64,000 nt of DNA. Origin: Nymphaea colorata (Eukaryota). Both the position numbers and the translations under genes were made by a program. The stretch is from contig NC_045138.2 of NCBI RefSeq assembly GCF_008831285.2, positions 28,334,001-28,398,000 on the forward strand. The letters are read 5' to 3'. Of this stretch, positions 50,803 to 64,000 are shown piece by piece. The notes under the pieces were generated by a model. It saw only the letters and a list, made by a program, of their open reading frames with translations. It made no database searches and had not been told where the DNA came from. Each line of letters opens with the position of its first letter. Position 1 is the first letter of the stretch.

Positions 50803-52021
50803 GCTTAACACAGAGCTCAGAGCTCAGAGCCAAAAGAAGCACAAAAAGATGTTTTCGAAGAACCGAAAACCACGAAAACACACTCCAAACAAAATTCAAA
50901 TGCATTACCCGCTTAAAAACCTAACCTACCTAAAAAAAGATACAGCTGTAAGCCCCATGAAATTATGCACGAATTTGAACACGATAAAATCTCGAAAAGC
51001 CATGCCTTTGAAATTCCATGGAACAAAGAGCCGACCTCAGATACCCTGGACGAAATCAAAACATGAACTCACTACAAAAGATGCCTGCAAGGTACACATC
51101 GGGAGCCCCCAGGACAAAAGCACGCCAAAGCATGAACTTACACCAAGTATAACGCAAAAGAACACGAAAATCTGAAGTCCTAAAACGGAACAGTGAACCG
51201 CAAAAGCCACGTAAAAGAAAAGGGCGATGCAAAAGATGTCCCCGCTTAAAACGCTAGAAAGAAGAAATGACGCCCCCAAAGAAACATAGGCCGGAGTCAA
51301 TGCATGAATTGCCACCCAACAAACCCCAAAAAGGACGCTCTAATAACCCAAAGACGAACGCGTAATTACCCTATGACACACATAACAGAAATAAGACCTG
51401 CCTTGAATCCTCGAACAGAGGAACTCAACCTAAAAAACACGGAATTTAACTAAAGAACAAGACCTCACAAAGAAACTTCAAACAAAATTAGAAACCGAAA
51501 TTGCAGAATCCACGAAGAATTCAACCTAAGAACGGGAAATTCAGACGTCTAACCTGACCAACTAAGACGCTAGACAATTTTAAATCTACGGCCTAAAAAG
51601 AACGACACTGCAGCCGACCGATGATTTCAACAGACCCTGAGAGAATCAGGGCTGCTAAAAACCAACGGAAGGAGGACTCAGGACCTAAAAAAGGTTGTCG
51701 CCCCTTTTAGTTTTCCTCTCCCTCGGCTAAAATTGAATTAGCCAAGATAGCAGAAAAGGAAGAGAGAACAGAGGAAGAGGAAGAGGAGGGGGAGGAGGAG
51801 ATGCAGGTCTTCGAAGGCAAACGACCGAAATCCGAAGCAGCAAGGATCAACGGTAATTTCTCCTGCTCTGAAGCCCCAGCTGTATCGTTTAGCGATCCCA
51901 CGAAGCACATCCGCCCTCCTCTTCCTTCTCTCTCTCTCGTTCCCTCACTCTCTCCTCTCTCTCACGCTCAGAGTCGTCCCATTTTCTTCAGCCCTAAATC
52001 CTCTTCGTCTCAGGCGGTGGC

Positions 52022-52030
52022 ATTTTATAG
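52022..52030 (-). promoter_or_regulatory. Putative TATA box of the SRO gene
   Basis: ctataaaat on the minus strand directly upstream of a GA-rich leader (51920-51965), ~1.2 kb above the ATG, which implies a 5'UTR intron. Confidence 0.5.
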
Positions 52031-53354
52031 GACCACAAAGGACGATAGAACCCTTTTGCGCATTTGGTCCCATAAATCAATAAATTTACCTGAAAAGCGT
52101 CCGGTCGATAAATATTGTCGAAAAAGCATCAATATGTCTGCCTCATGCAGAAAACCCCCGCTAACAGGAGCAGGCTTTCATGTCATCTCTTATAGCGTAA
52201 CATATAAAACGTCTTCGGCTGCATTTGATATGATGTTGGCTCGTTTTAATATTGAATCTATTAAAATTTCCATAGTTTGAAAGAACAGATAAATAATCTC
52301 TTATTTAGGGAAAAGAAAAAGTTATTTTGGCCATTATTAGTTTTAATAGTACGACTCATGAGCAAGAAAAAAAATTTCAGCTATTAAAAAAGCTCAAGCA
52401 TGAGTTTGCAATTTAAATTCAAATTTTAACTCTTAGATTTCTTTTTGTGTTATACAACACTAAACAAGCATCCACAAGGACCACAACCTTCAAATTTAGT
52501 TGAAGTAAAAAAAAAAAAAGAAGTCGATAATAGTTTTAATTCAGCAGCCCAAAATTGTATTGAGACGCCTCTTTAAGAAATGATTGTTTATTGAAAACTG
52601 AGTTTCATGAAAAATTAGTTTTTTAATTAATTTATGAAAACAAAAAGATTTTTTTGAAAGAAACAAATGTTTTAAATAGCGATTTAAATATTTATTTGGA
52701 AGCAAAAAGTTTTTTTTTTTTTTTTGGTTTCCAAAACAATTATCAAGGCCTTATATATGAAATGATAGGACCTCACTTGAAAAGCTTGTTGACTGGTACT
52801 ATCTTTCGAGAGATCGTAAAGGAGAGGGCCAATTTGGAAAACAACGATCTAAACGAAAGGCGGTCTCCCTTTCTTGATGGCCAAGCAACCTTGCCGAATG
52901 ATCTTCTTATGCCAAAGTCCTTCCAATACTCCTGCCTGTCCTTTTCTGCTAATAAAGTCATCTTTCCACAGCCTCGTCACACATACAAATATTATTATAT
53001 GTATGCTTTTGCATATGAAAAGAAATAAATACCTCCTATTTTCTCAGCCTAATTGAATGCTTAACTGCTCTCTTTTATGACATTTTCCATTAAAAAAATG
53101 ATCCGTTGTATGATTGGTATAACGATCCAATATTATTAGTGAAGCCAATACAAAATAAGAAGTTCTTAGTAGTGAAGCGAAAGGTCAGATTACTTGTGGC
53201 AGAAGTTTCACGCACAATACGTAACACATCCTTCACTGTCACTTGGGTGTCCCATGACATGCTTCTTGTAGACGCATGAACCACAATGTCGTTTTTGTGA
53301 AAACAATTAATTTTTTTTGGGAATTGTGGTTATCAATCTAGCGATCCTTATTTT

Positions 53355-53438
53355 GAGAAATTTCTTTAATCTTGGACAGCAAGTTAGAGATAGGGAGAAA
53401 TTTCTTTAATCTTGGACAGCAAGTTAGAGATAGGGAGA
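53355..53438. repeat. 40-bp exact tandem duplication
   Basis: gagaaatttctttaatcttggacagcaagttagagatagg x2. Confidence 0.9.
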
Positions 53439-53604
53439 GCTAAAATTAAATTGGAGAAAAAGAGAAAAAATAGAAGATTACTTAACAAAAAAGCTTGGAG
53501 GCTTATTCGAGTGAGCTGTACAATTTGTTGTTTTATCTACAACGAAAAGTGTTAAATTCCCCAGATCTGTACAAAGGAGCCAAAAAAAATAAATTCCTTA
53601 TATT

Positions 53605-53945
53605 TAGGGATGTCTATGTCAAAAAAGAAATTAATATTCAATTAAAAATAGGATCCAATTCAAATTTAAGAAATAACATCCTATTAGATTCAGATGTGTA
53701 TATATCCAGTTGCACTCGGGTTTTGATCGCATTTAACTTTAAATAAATATCATATGTTCAATGCTCTTAGTTTTTGAAAATCGGTCAAATTCGGTTCAAA
53801 AATTGTATTTCAATTTAAATTTGAAAGATTTGGACCATATTCAGATTATAAAATCGGATTTTAGATTCGAATTCATATATTACTTCTCATAATTCAAATT
53901 TAAGAAAATGAATATCCAGGCAACCGGATATGTACCATTTAACTA
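53605..53945. mobile_element. Eroded relic similar to the 20.4-kb atccga MITE family
   Basis: Starts tagggatgtc and contains degenerate ggattc/attcgg motifs; no TSD seen. Confidence 0.45.
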
Positions 53946-54739
53946 TTCGAATTTTTACTAACTCTATAATTATTTTATGGTGGAGAAGCCGTTTAGATGT
54001 GACCTCATTTAAACTCAGTTTCTTGAGAACTCAGCTTTGTAAAAAAAAAAAAAAAAAAAAAAAGAACTTTGCAACATATTTGGTGTATTTGGGTGACACA
54101 TTCAACACTCATTTTTTTGCTGTTCTTGTAGTCCTCCTGGCAACTTCATTCGTGTGAACAACTAAAACTTCTCTACACATGCCACCAGCCAAAATGAAAA
54201 ATCCACAAGCCACATGATGTTTAAGGGCCAACGCTTGAAAGATTTAATCGCTACGGTGTAAAACCCCAAGGCTAATTCAAGAACTTAGAGTATTATAATA
54301 TGCATCGGCAATAGAGAGAAGTTTGGCACGTACCAAATTTGAACCAGTAACTAGCCGCCTACCAGCTTGTTTACTCAACTACTTTGGTCCGATGCAAGAT
54401 GGTCTTCTAAATCTAGCACTTGATTCAATACCCATTGGTCTATCGAATTGCGAGTGCTTCCCTATGTAATTTAACCTACCATTAGATATATATTGAGTGT
54501 ATAAATCTAGCACTTGAATCAACTTCACCTCTTCTACCATTCACATTGCATCTGTCAGCTAACTTACATCTTTTCCCCATTCGGTCACACTAACTATAAG
54601 AATCTCTGAAGGTTCATTCTCTAAAGGGTCGCTTTGCAACAATTACTGCTTCATGAATCTGTCTCAAAAAATAAAGTAGACTTATAAACTATAGCAAGTG
54701 TTTTATGAATCTACCTTATTTTTTGGGATATATTAATAG

Positions 54740-54870
54740 AAAATACATGTAAATGTTAGAAAATTTTTATTGTCTTATATAAAAATTTTGAAAAATGATA
54801 TTTAGAATCTTGTCAAATTTTAAAACTTTAATTTGTCTCATCTCATGAAAAATTTCTGGCTCAGCCCATG
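54740..54870. repeat. Dispersed short repeat (MITE-like), copy 2
   Basis: Colinear with 22660-22780. Confidence 0.6.
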
Positions 54871-55649
54871 TCTAGGCGCCTAATGTTGTGTCCTTAGTTT
54901 GATTCGAGCTCATGATCCAATCTCTTTTAATAGGAATATGTCATTAGCATTTGGCTTTTGAGTGGCTAGATCGCTGCTCCAAATTAGCTGTATAGATATG
55001 TAGCTGTCATTAAACATTTCTTCTTAAAGAAAGGAAATGAAGTCTTGCTTCAGTTTAAACTGCTATAGGCTGTGTTTGCATTCCCCGATCAAAATGTGAG
55101 TTGAACTTTGTCATTGGAAACTCCTAACATTTCATATCTATGGACATCGTGTCCACGTCTCTTTAATTCATGTATCCAAAGTCACACCCTAGTGATACAA
55201 AATTTGATGGATAATGCCTCAACGGCATATGTAGCTGGTCAGGCAGATGGGCCAGTGAAAGTTTGGAGGTACAATTCTTTTATACTACCAATGGTGGATG
55301 CGCTGCACTCCTGTCCTACTCCTTATCGAGGTTCCAAAGCCGATCTCAAGAGAGGAGGCTTTGACCTCTATGAGGTACCTCCAAAATTAGTAACAAACTT
55401 AAATATGCAAATTTGCAATAAATATGCAGTTTCATAGAACCATTTGCAGCCTTTCCCATCACATATAGAGTAAAAAAGTTTGAAAATGATTAAGATGTCA
55501 AAAAGCAAATGGAGTTATGGAGATGAGTATAAAACATTTATTTGCAAGGAAGTAAATATTACAAAACAAAGTTTTTTCTACAGGCTACGTAAAAGTGAGT
55601 AACTTGCACCAAACTGGTTAGGATTGAAGTATGGTTTAGATGAAACATT

Positions 55650-55743
55650 ACACATGAAGTAGCTGAAAGTAATCAACGATGAAAAAATTGTTCATCACAC
55701 ATGAAGTAGCTGAAAGTAATCAACGATGAAAAAATTGTTCATC
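55650..55743. repeat. 47-bp exact tandem duplication
   Basis: acacatgaagtagctgaaagtaatcaacgatgaaaaaattgttcatc x2. Confidence 0.9.
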
Positions 55744-58059
55744 CATCTGAAATCGATGTAAACGGTGTCTATCTTCATAAAGGTTCATGCAATTCTAACC
55801 CCACGCTCTATCTCTAACGATGTTAAGGGGAGATGAGAGAAGGGCATCTTGATCAACAACCCTTTTTATTAAATCCGTTCCCTGGCTCTTCAACCTTGTC
55901 TCCTCCCCAAATCTTCCTACGGCCCACGACGACGATGACAGGCAACCTCTTGTTGAAGCGGGCCGAAGGTCGACCCATGGCTGCCACCGCCACCAAGGTG
56001 CTGCTGAAGCTCCTCCCCACGTCCTCTTCTGTCGATTTCGAGTTTGCTGCCTGGGTTGTCACTCCTGATAGCTCCTCCCCTTCTTTCCTATCTGTCAGTT
56101 CCGACAAGGTTCCTCATAGAAACGGCGGCATAGATTGGTCGGTCACGGGGCTGAGGAAAGACGGCGACACGGCAGACATAGACTCGACTGAAAAAGCCCT
56201 CCAAGACTTTGTGGCGACGACCTTTTAGTTTTTATAGGATAAAAAGTGTACATTTACTATATTTCAAGTTACCTGCTAATAACTTTTTGTTTTGCAGTAC
56301 AAGCGAATTTGATAACCTACAAAATTTGAAATGACCCCTTTATTTTCAAATTCTTCTTTTGTTCTTTTATGATTTTTTAAAGAATTTAATTAACTTTGCA
56401 ACGAGAGGGGAGGGAGGAATTCGCACCCAAGTGAAAAGCCTAAACCACCCATGTGATCCAAAGCTATATAATGACCTGAATGGTCACAGAATACACCCTT
56501 CAACTTAAATATTATACAAACAATTTAATCAACCTTCATTTTTCTAATTTTCTATGCAAACACTATATGATCCCTTTTTTTACACCTTTTTTTTTTTACA
56601 TATTGATCAAAAACAGGTCTTACTTACCGGGTATAGTTTTCTCAACAAAGAAAAATAGATTTTCCAGTGAAACTCGGTGAGCATATTATGAATAGGATAA
56701 TAGTTAAAGTTGGATTGATCAAGACATATATATATTCAAGACCACTGCGTCCCACCAACCTTGATCAACTTGGATATCATTGAACCCACTTGGGCCTCTG
56801 TACCGACAGTGACGCGAGAGAATCCATGAAAGAATCACTGTAGCGAACGTGAAGACATGAACTATAGCACAAAATCAATAGTATATACGCGCAATATCCA
56901 TGGCCACTAGAGGCCCTTTCTCTAACATGGCCTTTCCTGACAACTAGCTCTTTAAAGAAATCAAACAGAATCTCCAGGCACTAGGGTTTTAGGCTACAGG
57001 ATCCTAAAAAACCATAGAAATGATTAAGAGAGTAATTGACAAGGAGAAAGTGACAAGCAGAGCTAGTCCATTAAGAGTGGCTTTCGAGCGTCAAATGAGT
57101 CGCCAAAAGAGAGATTTAGGAGGCTTTTGTTGGTGGGAATCTTTTAATGGAGATGGCAGGCACTGTTAGATGCTCTTCCACCAGCTTAATGGCAACATAA
57201 CAGCCGAAAATGGTCTTGCCTTTTTTGTGCTTTTGAACTACATGTTTCTAAAATATACGATCTAAAATGCCAAGATTTTTTTCAATAGACACAATGTCAT
57301 TATGAATATATCTTCTAGATCCAACAATAAAAATTCGGAATCGCACCATATTTCCTAAAGCACAAACATGGTTTGTATCATAGGAATGTATTACGTGTTC
57401 CAAAAGCATAATGTTCTCGTCATCAATCGTTCAATACAATTAGATGTATTGGATTCAACATATTGATAAATGGTTAAGATTCAGATGGGACGTCATGTGT
57501 TTTTTTCTTTTCTAAGTACCTACACTTTAATAATTTTTTTTTTCAGGATTCAATCTTCTGACTCGGTCCAAGTTCAATAAGAAAGGAGCCTATTAGGTTC
57601 AACTAAGATAAGACAGGTATAGACAAGCTCGTTAGGCATATTCCATTTGTCTACTAAATTAATTTTCATATTGTATGCTAAATTTTTTCTTATAAAAGCT
57701 ATGTACTATATAAAAAAAAACTATCTAAAAATCATGGTACTATGAACATCCAATTAAGTTGTTATTTTTTAAAAAAAATTCGGAGGTTCATGATTGTTTA
57801 GTTAAATCAAATATTATAATTTCACTGACAAAAGGTTTGGGAAAGCCAGAAGCTAAAAGTCAGTGTTCTCATAATGCCTTCAATTCTCTGATCGTGTGAA
57901 AGTTCTAATAAATTCTTTGGAGAAAAGACTCGCAGTACAAGCTTTCCTGATAAGATGCTAATATGCACTAAGAACGGTTGCAAAGGGACTAAGTCATATG
58001 TGTATGTGTAAAGCGAGAAAGTCATTTTGTGCCTCTGTGAGTGCTAGACACGAGATTAA

Positions 58060-58359
58060 GGTCCTGTTTGGATGCATGTGCAAAAAAAAAAGGGGGTTTT
58101 GAAGGCAAAACCAGGTTTTTTGGAGTGTTTGAGTGTCATCAAAACTGGGTTTCAAGAAAACTCAGCTTTGATAAAACCTGGTTTTGTAAAAGGAAATGAA
58201 AAACCTAGCCCCCTTTCGGTTATTCAAAAACCGGTTTTAAATGTGTCACCTAAACAAAAAAAAATAATAAGTTTTTAAAACTTATTAGAAAAACTTGGTT
58301 TTTATAAAACTTAGTTTTTATAAAACTGGGTTAGAGAAAGGTGTCATGCAAATGCCCCC
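58060..58359. mobile_element. Tourist-type MITE (diverged)
   Basis: taa|ggtcctgtttggatg ... catgcaaatgccccc imperfect TIRs, with internal aaaaccaggtttt-like repeats. Confidence 0.6.
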
Positions 58360-59418
58360 TTCAAGTTCAAGTTTTATAAGGAAGTTTTGTAAGAAAGAGG
58401 TTCCACTTTTGCCCTTACAAGAGGAAGGGTCTAGTCGAAACATTTTAGTCATTTTCAACACATCAAACATGGTCTTTATTTTGGTCATTTTTTAACACAC
58501 AGTCTGCTCTTATTTTTTATCTATAAAATTGGAATTTCTAGAAGATCAGTATCAGTTTTTCAAAAAGTCCTGTGGAATTATTTTAATAGTATTATCGGTC
58601 ATGTCAGTTTACCATAGCAGGAAACATTTTTATCACCAACTGTCCAAAGGGTTTGCCTGTATGATTGTGACGCCTCTCTCTCTCTCTTTTGTTGCATTCA
58701 CTTTCCAAGCACATGAAAGAAACAAAGGAAAAAGGTTTATGGCGTACGATTGATCCATTTGTAGGCGGATGGTAAAAAAGGGACGGTGGCCAAACACGTA
58801 GGCAGAACCAAATTCGTGTAAAAGTAGGCCAAGAAGTTAACTTATTCACTTGCGGTGCACACATTCGCTGGCCGCATGCAGTAGCAAGTGGACATGTCAC
58901 ATATATTCCATGTTTCCCTCTGCACCATATAATTTCTACTCGTTTTGGCAGGCAGCCATTGCCCGGAGATTATTTGAAGAGAGAAAGGGAGAGATGGTAA
59001 ACGACGTTTCATCCGGTTGTTGCGGGACATTGGTCCCAAGGAGAGAGGAGACATGTGATCTGGAAAGTAGCTGGTGCTCTTGATTTTAGGAGATCTGTGG
59101 TAATTGTTTCCTTCTATCGATTCATGGATTACATTCAATTTGACATGAGGTAACAGGCAACATGGCTTCGCACGTCATCAACTTTAGTGGAAAGGTTTGA
59201 TAGTAGACCATTAATTTCGGGTGATGAGAGGGTTTTCTATCCATCCCCCGAGCCAGAACCGAAGTTCTTTTCTTTTCCTTTCCTTTGACTCCAAAAGTTG
59301 TATCGATATATCTGGTGGCGAGAACTCCACGAGATTGAATTTGCATGTGAGACCTAACACGCCTCAAGTCAGCCCGTTTGAGCTATAACCCCAGGGTGAT
59401 GATAGTTGGCGTCCTAAG

Positions 59419-59745
59419 TAGGGGTGAATAACGAGTCGAGCTACTCAAGCTCGATCGCTAAAGCTCAGCTCATGAACGAGTTCGAGCCGAGTCATTTGCT
59501 TAACAAGTTGAGCTCGAGTTCATGAGTCGACTCATTCAAATAATCGAGTTGAGTTCGAACTCGAGCTCAACACGTAATGATGAATAGCAATTATATTCAA
59601 ACGAGTTTGTCGAGCCTTAATTGAGTGGAGCTCGAGCTCAACACGTCACTGCCGAGTCGAGATGGAGTTGCATCTGTTAAGCTTTTCTCGAGCTCGAGCT
59701 CGAGCTGACTAAACTCGGGTTCAATTTGGCTGGTGTTCACCCCTA
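59419..59745. mobile_element. hAT-type MITE with gagctcgag subterminal repeats
   Basis: TIRs taggggtgaa / ttcaccccta with many tcgagc/gctcga repeats; no TSD retained. Confidence 0.8.
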
Positions 59746-61078
59746 ACAAAGGATGCAGTTGCGTTTGCTTGATAACAAAGAGGGGAGGGTTTTCGTCTAC
59801 CAAAAGAGAATTGATTCCTAAGTTGGAAAACGTGAGACAATCCATTTACTCAAGTCCACGTAGTGGATTTCTTGCAATGGCCTCATGATTTTCTTCAAGC
59901 CGTGGTTTTCCACATAAAGTGATGTGTTCTTTCATTTGTTTGATTCTCTATAGTTTGTTACTATTATGTTTTCATGTTGCATTAGTTGCACTTTGTGGGC
60001 TTCATTGTATGTGTTTGTTGAATTTTCTTTGACATTCAAATGAAAGAGAAGTTTTCCGCGACTTTTAAGTTTCTCCCAAACACTTATTACTCTTAGGATG
60101 CCAAAATAGTGCAAAGAATGGGATGTAGGAATGCACGTGGTGCATTCCATGCATTCCTTATTTGCCATGAGTTTCATATCAAACGTCCCTCTATCTCCAA
60201 GGGGATCGGTGCAATCGTGGTTGCTGGTGGGCGGCCAGCCTCCGTTTCAAACTCGTGTAGCAGCAACCTTTCATGTTGCAAAGAGGGAGGGAACCAATAT
60301 GCAAATAATGCATACTAGGCAAATAATGCATAGTAGGGTGCCCACCCTGGAGCACCATAAAGCAGCCCTAGACCTTGGGGAGATGAGGGGGAAGGGAGAA
60401 AGCATCGGTTGTCGGATTACTTGATATCAAACACTCATGTAAAGGTTGAGTTTTTTGAGTTAATGAACTAAGTTGGTGCTACGACCGTCCAAGTGATAAC
60501 CAGCAAAATATACGGCCAAGTAAAAAGGTCTCTTTCAGCAAAAGCAAGTAGGAAGGGCACTTCAATTTCATTGCCCTCCTCTCACCATGAATGTCCTTCG
60601 AAAAAGGGACAAAAAAAGAGCTGGTAGCACAGTACATGTTCCCCATCCAAATGATTTTAAAATAAACTCGTGGCTGTAGTTCATCGCCTCATCTCCGCAG
60701 AAAGAAAGGTGCGAATGCTTAGAATACTGAGAAGGTGTGGCTTGTGAGAGATGCCACCTTCAGCACTAGAGCGCTGAAGTCCAAGTTCCTAGCTTTGTTT
60801 AATCATTTTCATCCATTGATTGAACTGAATGTTTAATGGTCCAGTCACAACCCAGTTACTAGTTGGCCGCCTTTCTATAAGGAAAAGAGGATCAGTCCTA
60901 CACTTTTTATCCCTAGCATATATGCAAAGGTGATGACATTCGTTTCCAATATCTAAAGTCGGCCCGCTAGTGCAGTAACCCGACCAAAAACATAAACAGA
61001 AAAAAAGTAAACGAAAAGAGCCCCAACAATGCTTGTGAGTTATGACATAAGCATTCTCCTTAAACAATGTTGCATTAA

Positions 61079-61231
61079 GGGGGCATTTGGCAACAAAAAC
61101 ACTAACATAACATAGTGTTCCATCAAGGGCAGATTCATGAAACAATGTATTATAGTGTTTAATAAATCTACCGTAATTTTTGAGACATATTTATGGAACA
61201 TTATGTAAGTGATTTTGTTACCAAACGCCCC
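61079..61231. mobile_element. Tourist/PIF-Harbinger-type MITE
   Basis: TIRs gggggcatttggcaacaaaa / ttttgttaccaaacgcccc flanked by TAA on both sides. Confidence 0.8.
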
Positions 61232-63033
61232 TAAGTATATTGGCTAACTAGTTATGATGTTTGAAACGTATGAAATCATACACTAGGATCAAGTATCTGC
61301 ATGCGTGTCTAGATAGATGGGGTGAGTTACTGTTCCCAAAGATATGCTAATTAGTTGGCTAATTAGGACAATTATCATCAATCACAAGGTGTCACATGTG
61401 ACTTAACAATCATAGGTCTTAAGAATTTCAAACTTTCGTGGCGTTATTCAAGAGTCACATGCTACACCTGATCTTATGATGCAAACGTCTGTTTATCATG
61501 GTTGCAGGTTGGAGAATTGTAGATGTGTTTCTCCAAATACGGTACTTGACCTGTGATTGTTGATCATGTAGTGCTACAATGAAAGAGGCCAGGCAGGCAG
61601 GTTTTCAACGCTCATGTAGATATTTGACTGCGAGTTTTAGTCCTTGGCCAATATCCAATAGCAGCAGTTCAGCAAGAAGACCTATATGGCGACAGCCTAA
61701 GCTGTTGCTCATGTTTCATTTCATTGTAGTCGCAATATCAAGTCTAATATGTTAGCATTCAAATGTGTACGAAACTAAGAATCAGAATCTCAATAGTGCT
61801 TAAGAATCAGAGACTCAATCCTTCTGCTTTTCCATATCTGTTACTTCTATTTAGTTATGACTGAAATTCAACAAAAAGCTTTGATAAAGCAAATGAGCTC
61901 GAAGATATTGAAAGGATTAACCCCAGAGAGTAATTAGGAGATTGAAATTGTGAATGCCAAAGTGCCGAATTAGTGAGAATAGCTAAGCATTAACTGCAAG
62001 ATGTACAGAGACTTGGATGCCTAGCTAGTGGGTGTGCAAATCTCCATGTTGGTTCACTATCAGAGTTCTGCAATTGGTGCCCGTGCCCATCAAATCCTTT
62101 CTTGTGCGCGCCGTGGCTCAGCTCTGCAAGAAAGCATGTCTCTTGGTGGGCTCAAAAGACGCCAAATTTTTATCTTGTCAACTGCCAAAATACATAACTG
62201 GTCCAGCCAATGTTGCCTAGCTCAACACCCACCACGGATTTGGATCATTGTAAAGCCAAGGACACTAAAATTGTCCTTGAAATTATTCCAAATAAGTACA
62301 TATGAGATTTTTCATGAATACAACAGAACTTGAATGTCTTTATTAATGTCTCGAATGTTGGGAGTTCGATTATATGTAAGGTTAAATTTGTGAATGGTCC
62401 TGTGTCGTGAATTACTGTAGGACCTGTCCGATAAATTTCACATCAAGTTCAGAGGGACTGTTCGTTTGCATTTGCAGTTGAAGAAGAAATATTGAAACAA
62501 TAATCAAATCTAAGAGGTTAGCTGCTGCATTTAATCTTGCTGCAAAAATCAGTATATATAGTTCTCAAGAAAGTGATCTTTTTTGGTAATTTGAGAAAGG
62601 CAAAAGTGCATTGGGCTGAGCTTTCTCGCTTCTCTATACAACATTAAGTATATAATTTTTTAGTGCATGCTATCCGAGTAAAGGGTTGTCGTTTTCTGAA
62701 ATCAATAAGTTGAGACATGAAATTTTAAAGAAAAGGAAAAAGAATTCAGGTGGTCAGTGATCATGCTGCCGAGAAGGTTTCCAGATCACAAGAATCCGAA
62801 AAGACAGAGAGCAAAGCCTCACGGGTACAGAAAAACAAAAGACTGTGCTTGTAGCCTGTGAACCCGCATGAGGTCACAATCAAACCCGTGATCATACCCC
62901 CATCATTCCATCCGCTTCTAGAGAGAGAGAAACAACTTTAAATAGAATCTAAATCCAACAACCTTCCCTCTGCCTTCTTCCAACTCCCACCAGCTTTTTC
63001 TCTCGGCTCCTCTCTCCTTCTCTCTCTAGAGAA

Positions 63034-63407
63034 ATGCCGGGTGCCCATCAAATTCTCTTCATTCTAATCCTCTCATTGTTGGTGAACTCAGGCCTCACAC
63101 TCCCACACAGTAAGGGCCTTCGACCCATCCCCCGTCACCAACAGCCGGCTACCCCACAGGGGATGCCGTCTCCTGCCACAAGGAACCAACAGATAGAGGA
63201 GCAATTCATGATGTGGGTAAGGTGGATGGACACTCTAAACCACTCCCTCTTTGAGACCGCCATGAACAAGGTATACCCTTCCTTCGTGCTCACTGTCGAC
63301 AAGAACCCCGCCGCCGGGGACTTTAGGACGATACAGGCCGCCATCGACTCCTTACCCATCATTAATTCAGTTAGAGTAATCATCAAAGTGAATGCAGGGA
63401 TCTACAA
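63034..63407 (+). CDS. PME53: Pectin methylesterase (PME53-like, no PMEI pro-domain), exon 1; gene continues beyond the window
   Basis: Signal peptide followed by HSKGLRP...EEQFMMWVRWMDTLNHSLFETAMNKVYPSFVLTVDKNPAAGDFRTIQAAIDSLPIINSVRVIIKVNAGIY, which closely resembles the Arabidopsis PME53 N-terminus. Donor aa|gtaagc at 63407/63408. No second exon is recognisable before 64000. Confidence 0.88.
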
Positions 63408-64000
63408 GTAAGCATCAAGTACCAACACACTCTCTACTGCTTGTATTTGGTATTTTCATTGAGCTAATTCAGTTCTGTGGTAGAGGGTGACTGTGACTCG
63501 GACAGTCTGCATGTGACATTGTGACATGGGTTGAAGTCTTGCAGGCAGAGCCACAGATTAGGACCAAACCACAGCTTCCCCTGCAGATGCACACTAAACT
63601 GACCTCCCAACTATTACCAAGTCATTTGCAAGTATCTTTAGATGTTAGAGATGGCGGAAGGTGAAACCAATAACTCTGGACTCAATCCTTAAGTATCATA
63701 CAGGTCAATTATGAGTAGTGAAGTGAAAGCCTGCCCATTGGCACTGAACTTCATCAGGACAAAACGCTGAGCATTTTTGGGACGTGTTTGATAAGGACAC
63801 AAACAGTGCATGCTCACCATGCTTTTTTGTTGTTTTTCAGTTTCTACTTCCCCTGATGCTTTGACCTTATGGCAGAAATTTTTTCAGACTGCAAGTTTTG
63901 AGCTTTAGGCCTCTTTCAACTTAAAAACGCGTAGAAGCTTTACTTCTAGACTGATCATCTCTTTGGCCGCATAATGGAGCTACAGTAGTGCATGTGGCCC

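Noticed and set aside
50801..52280. Plus-strand ORFs of 124 and 159 aa upstream of SRO
   Set aside because: Antisense to the SRO 5'UTR/intron and promoter; low complexity; no domain.

Overview
Plant (angiosperm) nuclear genomic DNA with GC-rich first exons and AT-rich introns. The style suggests a non-eudicot lineage, but species cannot be established from sequence alone. Four apparently intact genes were reconstructed by hand from GT-AG splice sites and frame continuity: a 2-exon DUF1005 gene (+, 298-3186), a 12-exon LAMP1/AMP1-family glutamate carboxypeptidase (-, 17550-3773), a WWE-PARP-RST SRO/RCD1-like gene (-, 50802 to about 46980), and exon 1 of a PME53-like pectin methylesterase (+, from 63034, running off the window). 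The ~18-46 kb interval between LAMP1 and SRO is accessory DNA. It holds an ~8.7-kb modular AT-rich tandem array with an inverted ~0.9-kb copy that ends ~6 kb beyond it, a decayed Ty3/gypsy chromovirus 3' end, a decayed LRR-malectin receptor kinase, a possible G-type lectin relic, an unassigned broken ORF, and several hAT- and Tourist-type MITEs. The most interesting signals are in the SRO gene. Its PARP-like domain has an H-Y-H triad rather than the degenerate L-H-N of Arabidopsis RCD1. Its expanded linker carries a 16-nt perfect complement to miR393, and a second miR393-like 15-mer lies at 25.4 kb. I found no firm evidence of a wholly new biological system; these are leads to test.
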